Of a stretch of 64,000 nt of DNA, positions 38,064-49,810 are shown piece by piece. The notes under the pieces were generated by a model. It ran no database searches. It saw only the letters and a list, made by a program, of their open reading frames with translations, and was not told the DNA's origin. The DNA is from Carcharhinus amblyrhynchos (lineage: Eukaryota): positions 42,036,001-42,100,000 of the forward strand of contig OZ336872.1 in the NCBI GenBank assembly GCA_965287045.1. The letters are read 5' to 3'. The stretch's first letter is position 1. Each line of letters opens with the position of its first letter. The translations under genes and the position numbers were made by a program.

Positions 38064-41000
38064 GAACTCAATGCATGGGAATGCATTTCTTAAAAGTTGT
38101 GGCCTACCACATTGTGGCATGCCACATTGGAGTTCCAACACAGTATATCAACACAATAGCATGCTTGACTACGAGTACTGTCTATTGCTCAGTGTAACAG
38201 CATGACAATTTCATATTGATGCATACAGGCTTTATATTCTAGCACTGTGCTTAATGGCTCTCCATGAGACATGATGACTAAATGGTGTTTACAAAGAAAA
38301 ATTTAACTGCATGCAAATTATCAATATCTTCATCTCAACCACTGCTCAAGTTTTATTCTTCTACTGTTAGAGTTTCCAAAGTAATTTGAACATTCTGAGT
38401 TAATGTACAAAAAGCACACTGAAACCTTAAAAAGATTGATCAGAGTACTTTCTAAGTGAAGGAAAGCTAGAAACAGGAGGTCCAAAGAGATTTAGAGATT
38501 CATGTGTATAGATCATTTCTTTATATCTGGAGTTCTAGAATACAAGAGGGTGGAAGACATGTTTCACGACTGGAATGCTGTGTGTAGTTTTAGGCACCAC
38601 ATCTTAAATAGGATATATTGGTCCAGGTCTGCTTCCTCAATAGAATGTCGAGAGGTTCATCACTATTTTGGAACTCAACATACACAACTTCCAGCGACCT
38701 CACTTACAGTGAAACCAAAATGATGTGGTATGCCTGAATAGGCTCCAGAGCAGTTCAGCTACAATTCCTATTCTTGAAACATCAGGCACCATTCATGTGA
38801 GAATTTTGCTTATTTGCACACAGCTTGCAGAGATTTTTACATACAAGTTAGACACAAGAGTAAGTCAGCAAACAGATGGGGTAAATGAAGGCATCACTCC
38901 TGTAAACTGATATAATTAGCAACAAATATGTTCAAGATTTCCCCAGCTTTGCAGACTTCTGTTCCCACCCACTTCTTCCCACCAGCTACTGCTTGATGTC
39001 TCCAAAATCTCAGTGCTGTTTCTGACATGGCCAGAATCTGGGAGCCAAGGGAATGGGGCAAGAGGAGCCAGGGAGCTATTCAGTAATGATCGTGATTATA
39101 TGCCATGATGCAGTATGAGGAAGCTGAAGAACTTCTTCTCGTCAGTTCACAAGTAGCTAAAGTAACTTCCTCTTCACTGCATGACTGCTGATAAAAATAT
39201 TTTAAAATGTTAAAAGTGACGGACTGCTGACCTCAAGAAACATGATTTCTTCTTTCATCAGTGGGGTATGGTTTCATCAAGAATATGCCTTGCCGCTAGG
39301 CCTCCAATATCGTGGTGCACCCCTGTTGCAGCCAGGGGAACAAGCTCCCGCTGCAGCCTATGCACAAGTGCATTTGATTTCCTTTGGTCAATCAGTGGAG
39401 AATGTCTAGTTAAATGGCTCACTTTTGTTCTAATGCTTCTAAAGGCATTGTTTTATCATCTGACAATAAGACTGTTGGACTGTAAATCAACAAGTAAAAC
39501 CAGAGACTGTTCAATTGTATGTCAACCTTGGTGGAATCTTGATAGAAAATTCTGATTGGGATCAAGGCAAAATTTCATATTTCTGCATGATGTCAGCATA
39601 AATACCATTTCTAAAAGAGAAAGGAGTCCCATTTTTCACAATATCGACCAACACGAGCAAGAAAATCATAATCTCTATTTCAACTAATACCTGCATGAGC
39701 CTAGTGAATTTCAGCAGCGCTCAATTTAAACACCTCTAATCTCCAATCAGGATTTATTTTGCAAATAGTAAAATGTGATTGCATGGTACATATGTATTGT
39801 TTGGTGATTTGTGGTAAGTCTAGCTAAATTTGTAAGGTTAGAGATGGTGCAGTAATTGAGGTTGAAGTATTTATGTGTTAAAGGTCAACACATAAACACC
39901 CTGATATGGTGTAAAAGCTAAGCAATATAGCTCCATCAAGTCTCTGGCCCTTGACTCTGAGCTAGTTAAGTGGTTGGGAAGGCATATAGGCCGCATTTCA
40001 TTATATTCGAGCAAACTGCTTTGTCTGCTCATTTACCCACATCCTTCTTGTAAAGTTATAGTAACATTTAGTTGGTCAAGGTAGACATGAATGTCATTCA
40101 AACTCCAGAACACAAAATGAGAATGATTGAAATATTTGCAGGAGGTTTATCATTTAGGCGGCAGTTAGAAATGCCTTTTTGTACATTTTATTGAGAAATT
40201 AAATAGCTTTGGGCTTACCTTATTTCATTTCTTGTGATAATCTTAACAGAATTTCTCTGAGTGTCAGTCATAAACTCAGAATTTTGCATTGATATATGCC
40301 TATGGACTTTAATCCACATCACTGAAGGACCCAAATACTGTAGCAATTTTGTGTTACTGTAGTATCAACACTTGCCTAAAAATGTGTCACAGGTTAAAGG
40401 TGGACACTGATATTACTCCAACCTAACATTGTACAACTACCAAAATCATATCCTCAACCAAGGGATGAATTTGTCATCATTATGAAGGAGTTTTAGCTAC
40501 AAGTTTGGTTCCTAAATATATTTGGTCTAAGAACAAGCATAGAGGCTACGATTACATTCCATTTCTTAACATACTGAAGAGAAAGTAATTAATCTGTTTT
40601 TTGAGTTTGGCACATTTTGATCTGCAATGAACCTCAATGATCAGTTGATAAGAATAGTCTTTCTTTGGGGCAGTAACACCGCTGCAAAGTACTCCAATTA
40701 GTATTTCACCCAGAAACTTTAGAGATTTGGGGACTCAGGCTTGAAACACGAACTAAAAACAGTTGTATACTGTAAAGTTAAGGCAAATGAGTCCATGTGA
40801 CATTTATGCTTCCTCCCTTCTTTCCTTAACCAAATCTACTATTGCAATCCTTCTCCCTCAAATGTTTGCCTAGTTTTCCCTTAAATGCATCTATATTATT
40901 CTCTTCTACAATTCCCTGTGGTAGTGAGGCTCATATTTTTGCCACTCGATTAAAATTCTTGATGACTCTCTTATATTGATGGTCTCTAGTTACTCTTCCC

Positions 41001-41856
41001 TATAAATGGAAATATTTGTTCTGTACCTGCTCTATCAAAATCTTTCGTAATTTTAAGAAACTTTGCAAGATCTCCCTCAGCCTTCTTTTTTTCAAGAGAG
41101 AAACGTGATCCAACCTATTGATCCTTTTCTGATACATATATTCACACATTTGAACAGCATCCTTACAAATCTTCTTCACACTCTTTCCAGTATCTCGATA
41201 CCCTTATCATGATATGGCGAACAGAAGAGCACACAGTCTCTTAAGCTGTTTAATCAAGGTTCAAAACAGGTGTGATATAACTTCTCTACTTTTCCATTCT
41301 AATCTTTCTGAAAATAAAGCCTAATGCTTGATTTGCTTTAATTTAGGATCTTGCTAACCTGTGGTGCAACTTTTAATGATTGGTTCCAAGATCCCTTTAT
41401 TTCTTTATCCCATCTAGACTTGCACCTTCCAAGTAATGAGGAACTCCCATATTCTTCCTACCAAATTGTACTATCTCAGATTTAACTGTGTTGTAGTTCA
41501 TTTGTCAATTATTTTCCCATCCTTTGAGTCTATCACTGTCCTCCTGTACTTTATTGCAGTCCTCCTCAGCATTGACTATCCTCTTCGATTTGGTGTCAAC
41601 TTCAAGTTTAGAAGATGTGTTTTTGATTCCAAAGTTCCAATTGTTGATGCAAATTGAGAATACCGTGGTCCCAACACTAATCTTGTGGAATACCACTTCT
41701 CAATCTCTGCCACGAGTAACAATATTTTACTCTCACTCGCTGCTTTCTACCTTGAAGCCAGCTAGGAATGCATTCTGTCATTTGTCCCCTGACTCCACAT
41801 TCACTAATTTTATTCATCATTCAAAATGCAGCTTCTCAAAAACCTTCTGAAAAGCT

Positions 41857-42157
41857 GGGGGTGGTGATACTGCCAGCAACTGAATGCCCGGCAGTGCTCG
41901 ACAACTGCATATACGACGATCTCCGCTTTGACAGATTGGCGCGTGCACAGTGGCCCACTCGGTGATATTCTGCCACATTCTCCAGTGGGAATTGGGCACC
42001 GCCCCCTGATTTTCAGCATGACTTTCCCTAAGACACTTTACAGTGAACAGAATGTGGGAGATTCATTTTGAAAATCCCACGGAAAGAAACAGCAGGAGTT
42101 ACTCCAGTTTTTACGTGAAATCAACACGTCAAATTTTTTTGGGAGGATCCCAGCCCA
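41857..42157. mobile_element. MITE inserted in CR1
   Basis: CpG-rich insert ending ttttttgggaggatcccagccc; CR1 sequence resumes afterwards. Confidence 0.6.
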
Positions 42158-43032
42158 GATTAATTACCTCTACTACATTGCCACTGTTTACTCTCTCTGT
42201 TGCCTCCTCTAAAATTTCAATAAAGGTTGATCAATCCAGCAGTCTATTCATTTTTATATTTTTACTTTGTAGCTGTTTCTCCTATTCTCTCCTTTAGTAG
42301 GAATTTCATTATTTTTCCTACCAACAATTTTAGGCTGACTGGGTCCATAATTCCCTGGTCATGATTCATTCCCCTTCTTAAATGCAGGGACTACATTTGC
42401 TATCCACCAGTCCTTTGGCATTGTACCCTTTTCTATCAAATTACTAAACATGTGTCGCAATGTCTCTGCTATCTCTTTCTTAGCTTCTTTTAAATTGTGT
42501 GGATGCAATCTGTCCAATCTCAGGATTTTATCTTCTTTGGAGATGAATAAATTTATTCAGTATATCCTTTTTTTTATTTTAGATGCACTTATCTCATTAC
42601 TCATTTCTTCAGGCAATGTTACATTGACCTGTTCAATCTATCTGGTAAATATTAGAAACAAAATAATTAATTAATATTTTTCCCATCTATCTATCATTAC
42701 CTGTCCTATATCCTGTTTATTCCCTAATGGTTCTACACCATTTGAGTCTTCCCTTTCTTAATTATTGTGCATGTAAATTATTTTACTACTTTCTTTTATG
42801 TCCCTTAATAATTTGATGTTATGGTTCCTCTTTGCCTTCCTCATGTATTATTTTCACATCTCTCCTAATCTTTTCATATTCTCCCTTATCCTGCACTCTT
42901 CCGCTGCACCCTTCTGCTGTCTACGTACTTAATATATTCCTCCTTCCTAATCTTCTATTGTTCTCTAATGTCTTTATTCATCTGTGTGGTTGAGCTTGTT
43001 CTTTCCTTTTAACTGGACTTTGTTGAAAAACA

Positions 43033-43140
43033 TGGCCGGATTTTCCCATCCCATTGCAGTGAATGGAGATTTGGCTGGATGGCAAATTCTCTGACCTCAC
43101 TGCAGTGGGAATGTGGTGTGAACAGCCAGTAAGATCGCCT
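43033..43140. mobile_element. Short MITE inserted in CR1
   Basis: ggccggattttc...gtaagatcgcc; interior similar to 33003-33137. Confidence 0.5.
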
Positions 43141-44734
43141 TTCAAATCAGCTTTTCACCATACTATGTTTCCCACTGTTATTCTATACCATTGTTTGCCA
43201 ATATTGCCGCTTATTTTGTTTTCTCAAGTTCGACTCTCGGCCCTTCAAATCAGCTTTTCTTCATACCATTAACCTGGTATTGCTATATTCGTTTCTTTCT
43301 CCAGCATCATCTTAAAGCATATTATATTGCCTAGATATTCTCTTACTACTCTTATCTGCCCCAGTTCATGCTCCATTACTGGATCAAAAGTGAACCTTAG
43401 CTTGTTTAGACTTTTACATGTTGGGTTCAACAGGAGCCCTACATATACTATGAGAACTCCATTTCCTCATCTCTTTTAGCTACACCTCCTAATTAATAAC
43501 ATATTGTTGAGGTTCTCCCATAATTTTTTTCATTCAATTCTCTAATTTATCTGAATACTTCTTCTTCCTCCTCCCACTCACTACTATATGGTCTGTCAAC
43601 TGCACCTATTACTGCAATTGATATTGGCCAAAGGTTTCTCGTTTGTAAACAGAATAGCAAAGAAAAACATTTCCTCTCAAACAGGGGTACCAAAATTAGA
43701 AATTTGTTCCTTATAAACTAATTCACAATTTCATATCAGTTTAATATATGATTTAATAACAGCTGAGGTACCAACAAAAATACATTTGTACACATATTTC
43801 TGTCTTATGATGTGCAAGCATTAATTAAAGGCTCCCAATGAATTTATCAGTACAACAAAGAAAGCATTAGAACTTGTAGCCTCCTCCACAGCCAATTTTT
43901 GAGAATCCTACTCTATTTGATAATTTTATCAAAGAAACCACCTTATCCAACATCTTAAGGACTAATTATATTCTGAAATTCCTGATCTCCCTCCATAGCT
44001 GCAGTGGAGTTCCAACGGAAACGTTTTAAACTCTTCTTCAGGGTTCTGACAGCCTCTTGTCAGTGAAAGAAAAGGAAAACAAAAACCAAAGGGAAGATTT
44101 TCTCCTATAAGCAGCATTGAGGCCACCAACGACAATGAGTGTGAGATTTTGAAGGCAGGCAGGCGGGGGTTCCACAATATGTCACTGGTAGGCAGCTTCT
44201 GATCCACTCACCCTGCCATCAACTAAGCGAATCAATGATCCACTCAGAGCACAGCACACACACCAGGAAATAATCTTCATCAGGTGCACTCCGGCATCAA
44301 GCTGGCAGTTCCTGATGTCATCCCCTCCTCACTGAGCACTGCACTCACCTCCGAGCTCCTCTGGGAGTACTGCTCATCAAGCACATGCCTCACCAGGCCA
44401 GTTGTATTTCATACCGTTCTGACATAACTCAGCCATTATTTGGCATAGGGCCCTGATTCTGGCATATGGGCCCGATAATGGCATACTAATTTATTTGAAT
44501 GCGGTTTCTGATATTGAATGACAGGAAATATGGTTTGCCACTGACGCAGGTGGGGGAGGCGGGGGGACAGGAATTGCTTCCTGCTTTAATATCAATGTGA
44601 AATACAGCTCTGGCTATCTCACAATATTTTCCGCTGTGATCACCAGCCCTGCCCAACTCGACCGGGCACAGAATATTCCAACCAAAGATTTCCATCTATA
44701 TAGCACCTTTTATGACTTCAGAAGATCATTATTT

Positions 44735-44985
44735 TTTAGCAATTATTGAGGGAATATACGTTGGTCAAGACAGTAGGAGAACTCCACTTTTCTGCTTTTA
44801 ATAGAACCATGATATCATTTGACTCCACCTGAGAGGTCAGACAAGGCCATGTTTCATTTGAAGGATGGCATCTCAAACAGTGCACCACTCCTTCAGTACT
44901 GTACTGAAGTGCCTGCTTCAATTAGTTTCAAGACTGTGGTTTCAACTCTCAGCCTTCTGATTCAGAGATGAGAGTGCAAAGATTG
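44735..44985 (-). mobile_element. Deu-domain SINE (SacSINE1/AmnSINE1 superfamily)
   Basis: Reverse complement cagtacagtactgaaggagtggtgcactgtttgagatgccatccttcaaatga...ctctcaggtgga matches the Deu domain as recalled. Confidence 0.65.
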
Positions 44986-45458
44986 ACAACTAAATGGGAG
45001 AGAGAGCTCCTATGAAATTCAGGTCCATTTTTAAAATCAAAAGCTTAATAGCACACAGTAAAAAGCCTACATCTTGATGACCTTGCATCTGAACTGCATT
45101 TCTAAAATGAAAGCTAGCATAAAAGGCTAATTTTCTGAGTATGTGTTGGGGCTGTAAAACTGAGCCAACCAGTACAACATATCAGAAAACAAGATGCAAG
45201 CCTCTGAACCCGAAGTAACAGTTACATCAAAAACAATAACAACAGCACATGTTTATGCAGTGCCTTTAAGAATCACAGAAATCATATAAATGATTTAAAG
45301 TAACATCTCAAAGCATTTCACAGGAGCACAATCAATCAAAATCTTACATTGTGTCATGTATGGAGATACTTGTAGAAACTTGATATTTGTGTCAATATGC
45401 ACTATCTTCTTGGAAGCCCTCTCCACTTGGAGCCAGCAGTTTGCGATGTTGATGGTAG

Positions 45459-45556
45459 CCATGATGTGGAGATGCCGGCATTGGACTGGAGTAAGCACAG
45501 TAAGAAGACTTCTTACTGTGCTTACTCAGTCCAATGCCAGCATCTCCACATCATGG
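45459..45556. repeat. 98-bp near-perfect palindrome made of the Penelope-like element termini
   Basis: ccatgatgtggagatgccggcattggactggagtaagcacagtaagaag-a-cttcttactgtgcttactcagtccaatgccagcatctccacatcatgg. Confidence 0.85.
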
Positions 45557-46319
45557 AGATATTTGGATAGATGATCAAAAGCTTGGTTAGAGATAGGTTT
45601 GAAAGTAATGTCTTAAAGAACAAAAGAGATTTGCTGAAGTTTTAGTGAGGTCATTCCAGACCTTATACCTTTGGTAGCTGAAGGCACAGCCTCTGATTAA
45701 GCAGCAAATCAAACAGGGGATCTGAAGAAAAGTGGACAGAACTTGTGCAGATATCTTGGATGGTTGTGGGGCTGCAAGATATTGGAGGAAAAGCAATGGA
45801 TGGATTTGAAAACAAGGATTAGAGTTGAGATATTGCTCAGATGGAAGTCAATGTCGGTCAGCAAACACAGATTTAATGGGTGAACATGACTTAGTGTGAA
45901 TTAGGGCCCATGCAGCAGAGGTTTAGGTGACGTCAATGTTGTAGAGGGTAGAATGTGCGAGGCTGCTCAGGAGTGTATTGAAATTGTCACGTCTATAGGT
46001 AACCAAAGCGCAGTTGAGTTTTTCAGCATTAATTAAGTTGAAGCAGTGGCAGATTGAAGTTATGTTATAATGGATATAGTCTTACTGATGCTGTAAATAC
46101 TTAGTTGGATGCTTATCACAGGACAAAATAAGACACCAACTAGCAAATAATCTGATTCAGTCTCGGACACTTGCCAGAGATGGGGTTGGGAGTCAGTGGG
46201 TAGGAGGCAATTAGTAGCATTTACTATTTAATAAAAATAGAATAAAAAGCACCAGTTATGGTAGCCACAACATCACTGGATTGCTGTAAAGAATTTGGTT
46301 CCTTAGTATCCATTAATGT

Positions 46320-46695
46320 AAGTGGTGAGGAGGATGTTATGAGGCTTCAAGTGATTTAGACAAGTGGAGTAAGTGAGCAAATATATGGCAAATGCTGTAA
46401 AATGTGGTCAGAGTATCAGGATACAGGGTAGGCCACTTACGACTGAGATGAGGAGAAATTTGTTCATTCAGATTGTGGCAACCTGTGGAATTCTCTATCA
46501 TAGAATGGTGTGGAGGCCAAATCACTGAATATACTTAAGAAGGAAATAAATTTACAGACTCTAAAAGATGTCAAAGGGTATAGGCAGACTGCTGGAGCAT
46601 GGTGTTGTGATAGAGGATCAGCCATGATCACACTGAAATGCGAAGGGCTGTTGGCCTATTCCTGCTCCTATTTTCTACATTTCTACCTGTTCTGA
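46320..46695 (+). mobile_element. CR1 3' end, internally deleted
   Basis: gagatgaggagaaatttgttcattcag...gcctattcctgctcctattttct tail. Confidence 0.65.
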
Positions 46696-47959
46696 CCCAT
46701 TCATAATTTTAGGCCCCATTAATGTGGATGACTCATAAGTATTGTCTACAATGGCCCAGCAAGCCTATAAATTGTTTTAAAGATGGCTGCTCACCATACC
46801 CTTCTCAAGGGCACTTGGGTTGGGCAATGAATGCTGGCCTTGCCAGCATTGCTCATATCCTGTGAGTGAACAATAGTTTCTTTAAAAAGACTTTGGTCTT
46901 CCCAATTTTTTGTTGGAAGGAATTGTCTTATCATTTGGTAGTGGGGTCAGATAAGCTGTCTGATAGTTCAGAGATGCTGAGTGGATGACTTGCTAAGAGG
47001 TGGTGATGGGGCAGAGCTGGCCCCAGTGTACGTGTGGAACCCTCACTATTTTTGATGATATAGCCAAAGAACAACATGAGAAATAGGAAGTGACCAAGGA
47101 TCGATCCTTGGAGAAGGCCAGAACAATGGTGTGGGAGAGGGAAAATAAGCACTTAACCAGTTAAGTGCAGTGCCACCCAGCTGAGACAACCATGCAGAGA
47201 TGCTGTAAGACGATGGTGGATGAAAGGTTGAAGAAAGTCAAGGAGGACAAGAATGCATAGATTACCTTCAACACTTCGAATATCATTGGTGATTTCGATA
47301 AGAGCTGTTATATTACAATGGCAGGGACAAATTACATTTAAGTAGTATTTTCAATATAAAAAAACTGTCTCAAAGTTTTTCATCACAGAGCAATAAAGAA
47401 AGAAATGAATGCCAAAACATGACGGAAGAGATAAAAGGCGTGACAGAAATCTTTGTTTTCAGTTGCCTGAGTTTCACACTCCTGAATTCCCTCCTCAAAC
47501 CCTTCAGTTTCCTCTCCTCAAGCTCTCCTTACTATCCAGCCTTGAGCAACATTTACCCATTTTCCCCATGCACCTCTGGAGCACCTTGGGATGCTTTTAT
47601 ACATGAACACATGTTGCCAAATGGTGTCTGCCTGAGAGACATTTACAGATGGATGAAGAAATGGTTAAGAGGAGAGTTTTGGAGAATTTGTTAATGACAG
47701 TATGGCAGCTGAAACTGATGTTCCGCTGTCAAGATAGTAGCAGGATGGAGGGAGGGAGGGAGGGATGAACAATAAACTAAGCATGTGGTTGGGGTGAAAT
47801 TGGTGAAGGGAACAAAATTTTTTTCTTCTCGTCCAGGAATCCAATGATGATCCCTGATGTCCCTAAAGCCTCTGACTGGCCTGCAGCTCTTGGCCTAGGG
47901 TCCTAAATCCAGAGCAAGGCTGGAGGCAGGTCTGTTAAGAGTCAGACAGGCACTTAATT

Positions 47960-48180
47960 GCAGAGGATGTATTTTACACAGAGGGTGGTGGGGGCCTGGA
48001 ATGCACTACCAAGCAAGGTGGTTGAGGCAGACACGCTAGGATCATCTAAGACTTATTTAGACAGCCACATGGACAGACTGGGAATAGAGGGATACAAACG
48101 GATGGTCTACTTAGGAACACATGATCAGTGCAGGCTTGGAGGGCCGAAGGGCCTGTTCCTGTGCTGTATTGTTCTTTGTT
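47960..48180 (+). mobile_element. CR1 3' end
   Basis: YFTQRVVGAWNALPSKVVEADTLGSSKTYLD and tail gggccgaagggcctgttcctgtgctgtattgttct. Confidence 0.85.
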
Positions 48181-49369
48181 AATTCCATCAGGATTCCCCT
48201 TCAGACGTGACAAGGCTTCTCACTGATTTTCCAACTAATAGGGGTTGGACCCACATTAGGAACATTAAGTCTCACTCATTATTTCAGCATCAGACTTCAC
48301 TTGCAACCTTGCATTCTCAAAAGACAACCAAAGTTATGAATTCTTACATCATAAATTATAGATTCGCTAGCTGAGCAGAAGGCAAATTAGAGGTGCTGGT
48401 ATCCAATCACACAAAACAAAATGCATATTAAAGTAAATATAGCTGAGTCGATTAGAAATGCATTTCCTCTTTGTTCTGCCGGTGTGGTAATGGTTAAAGA
48501 TTGTCCTTTGCATATACTACACTGACCATTCCACCTGCAGGCACAACTCCAATGCCTTTTGCAGAGTGGGACATATTGCCATATGGACTCAGGCAGCTTA
48601 CAATCTGTACAACTCTGGACTACAAGTGCCTAGGGGTCTGTCCTATATTAGCACCACCTGTGCTATCAGATCTCTGAGAGTTTGAACTGGCCATTGGGGT
48701 CTCAGGAACATATTTCATATTTTCAGCTAGGTCAAAGACACACCAAAACCACTAGACTTCAACCCCGGCAAATGCATTTTAATTTGCCAACTGAAACGAC
48801 ATACTATCACCAAAATAAAATTTACTTTAGATGCAGATAAAGCTGTACCACAAGTATTTAATTGAAGGTGTTGTAACAGCTTTTCTACAAAATGTATAAT
48901 TACTTTTAGATATATTGCATAACAAGTCATAACTGCAGTGCAGTCAAAAATTGCTGAAGCATTCACAGAAGTATTCAACCATACTTTTTCAAAAGAATAA
49001 TTTCTAAAATGACAATTACATATTAAGAATACATATTGTGATTTAGTAAACAGACCGACAAGCAGACAGATATTAAATTCACATTGTAATATTTTGTTTA
49101 TTCCATGAAATCAGTATAAATAGGAATATCATTTAGAATTATTTGAAGAAAATGATCTTTAATGAATTGGATTAAAGACTCAAAGGGAAAATACTTATGG
49201 GAAGGTTCAGGGGACTGGGCTTAATTGATAGCTATTTCAAAGGCTCAGCACATGTTTGGCCTCCTTCTATATAATATAACTCTATGATTTTTACACTAAT
49301 CTTTCTCATTCCAGCATCTAATGAGAAGGATGGGGATCAACAAAAACTTTGCTGTCCAGGTTTTAACTC

Positions 49370-49810
49370 ACACTGAGTCCTAATCACCTATCACCCCTGC
49401 ACTCGCTGATCTTTATTGGCTCCCAGTTGAGCAATGTCTTGATTTTAAAATTTTCATCTGTTTTTTCAAATCCCTCTATGGCCTCACCCGTCCCTATTTC
49501 TAATCTCCTCCATCCCCATTATCCTCCAAGACATTTGCACTCATCTAATTCCAGCCTCCTGAGGATCCTCGAATATAACTGCTCTGTCATTGATGGCCAT
49601 GCCTTCAGTTGCCTAATCCCTGTGCTCTGGATCTTCATCCCTTCGTTTCTCCACCTCTCTATCTTGCTTGAAGCATTTCTTAAAGTCTGCTCCATAGGCC
49701 AAGACTTTCATCATCTGTCTTAACATCTACTTATGTACTCCAGTATTATGTATTGTTGTCTCATTCTATTATGTTCGCTGTGCTACATAAAGGCAAGTTG
49801 TTGTTATTTA
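49370..49810 (+). mobile_element. L2-type LINE 3' end
   Basis: tcacctatcacccctgcactcgctgatctttattggctcccagtt (SPITPALADLYWLPV), GHAFS, tail gcaagttgttgtt. Confidence 0.7.

Larger units (their letters stand above)
40800..43640 (-). mobile_element. Long decayed CR1 LINE with nested MITEs
   Basis: ORF 41505-41696(-) SSKLEVDTKSKRIVNAEEDCNKVQEDSDRLKGW is a degenerate CR1 RT segment (SKFADDTK...LQxDLDRL..W); strong A-rich bias on the minus strand. Confidence 0.7.
45240..47340 (-). mobile_element. Fragmented L2-type LINE with nested insertions
   Basis: aggtcattccagaccttatacctttggtagctgaaggca (L2-like 3' region) and ORF 46931-47152(-) GLLQGSILGHFLF (PQGSILGPLLF). Confidence 0.55.
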
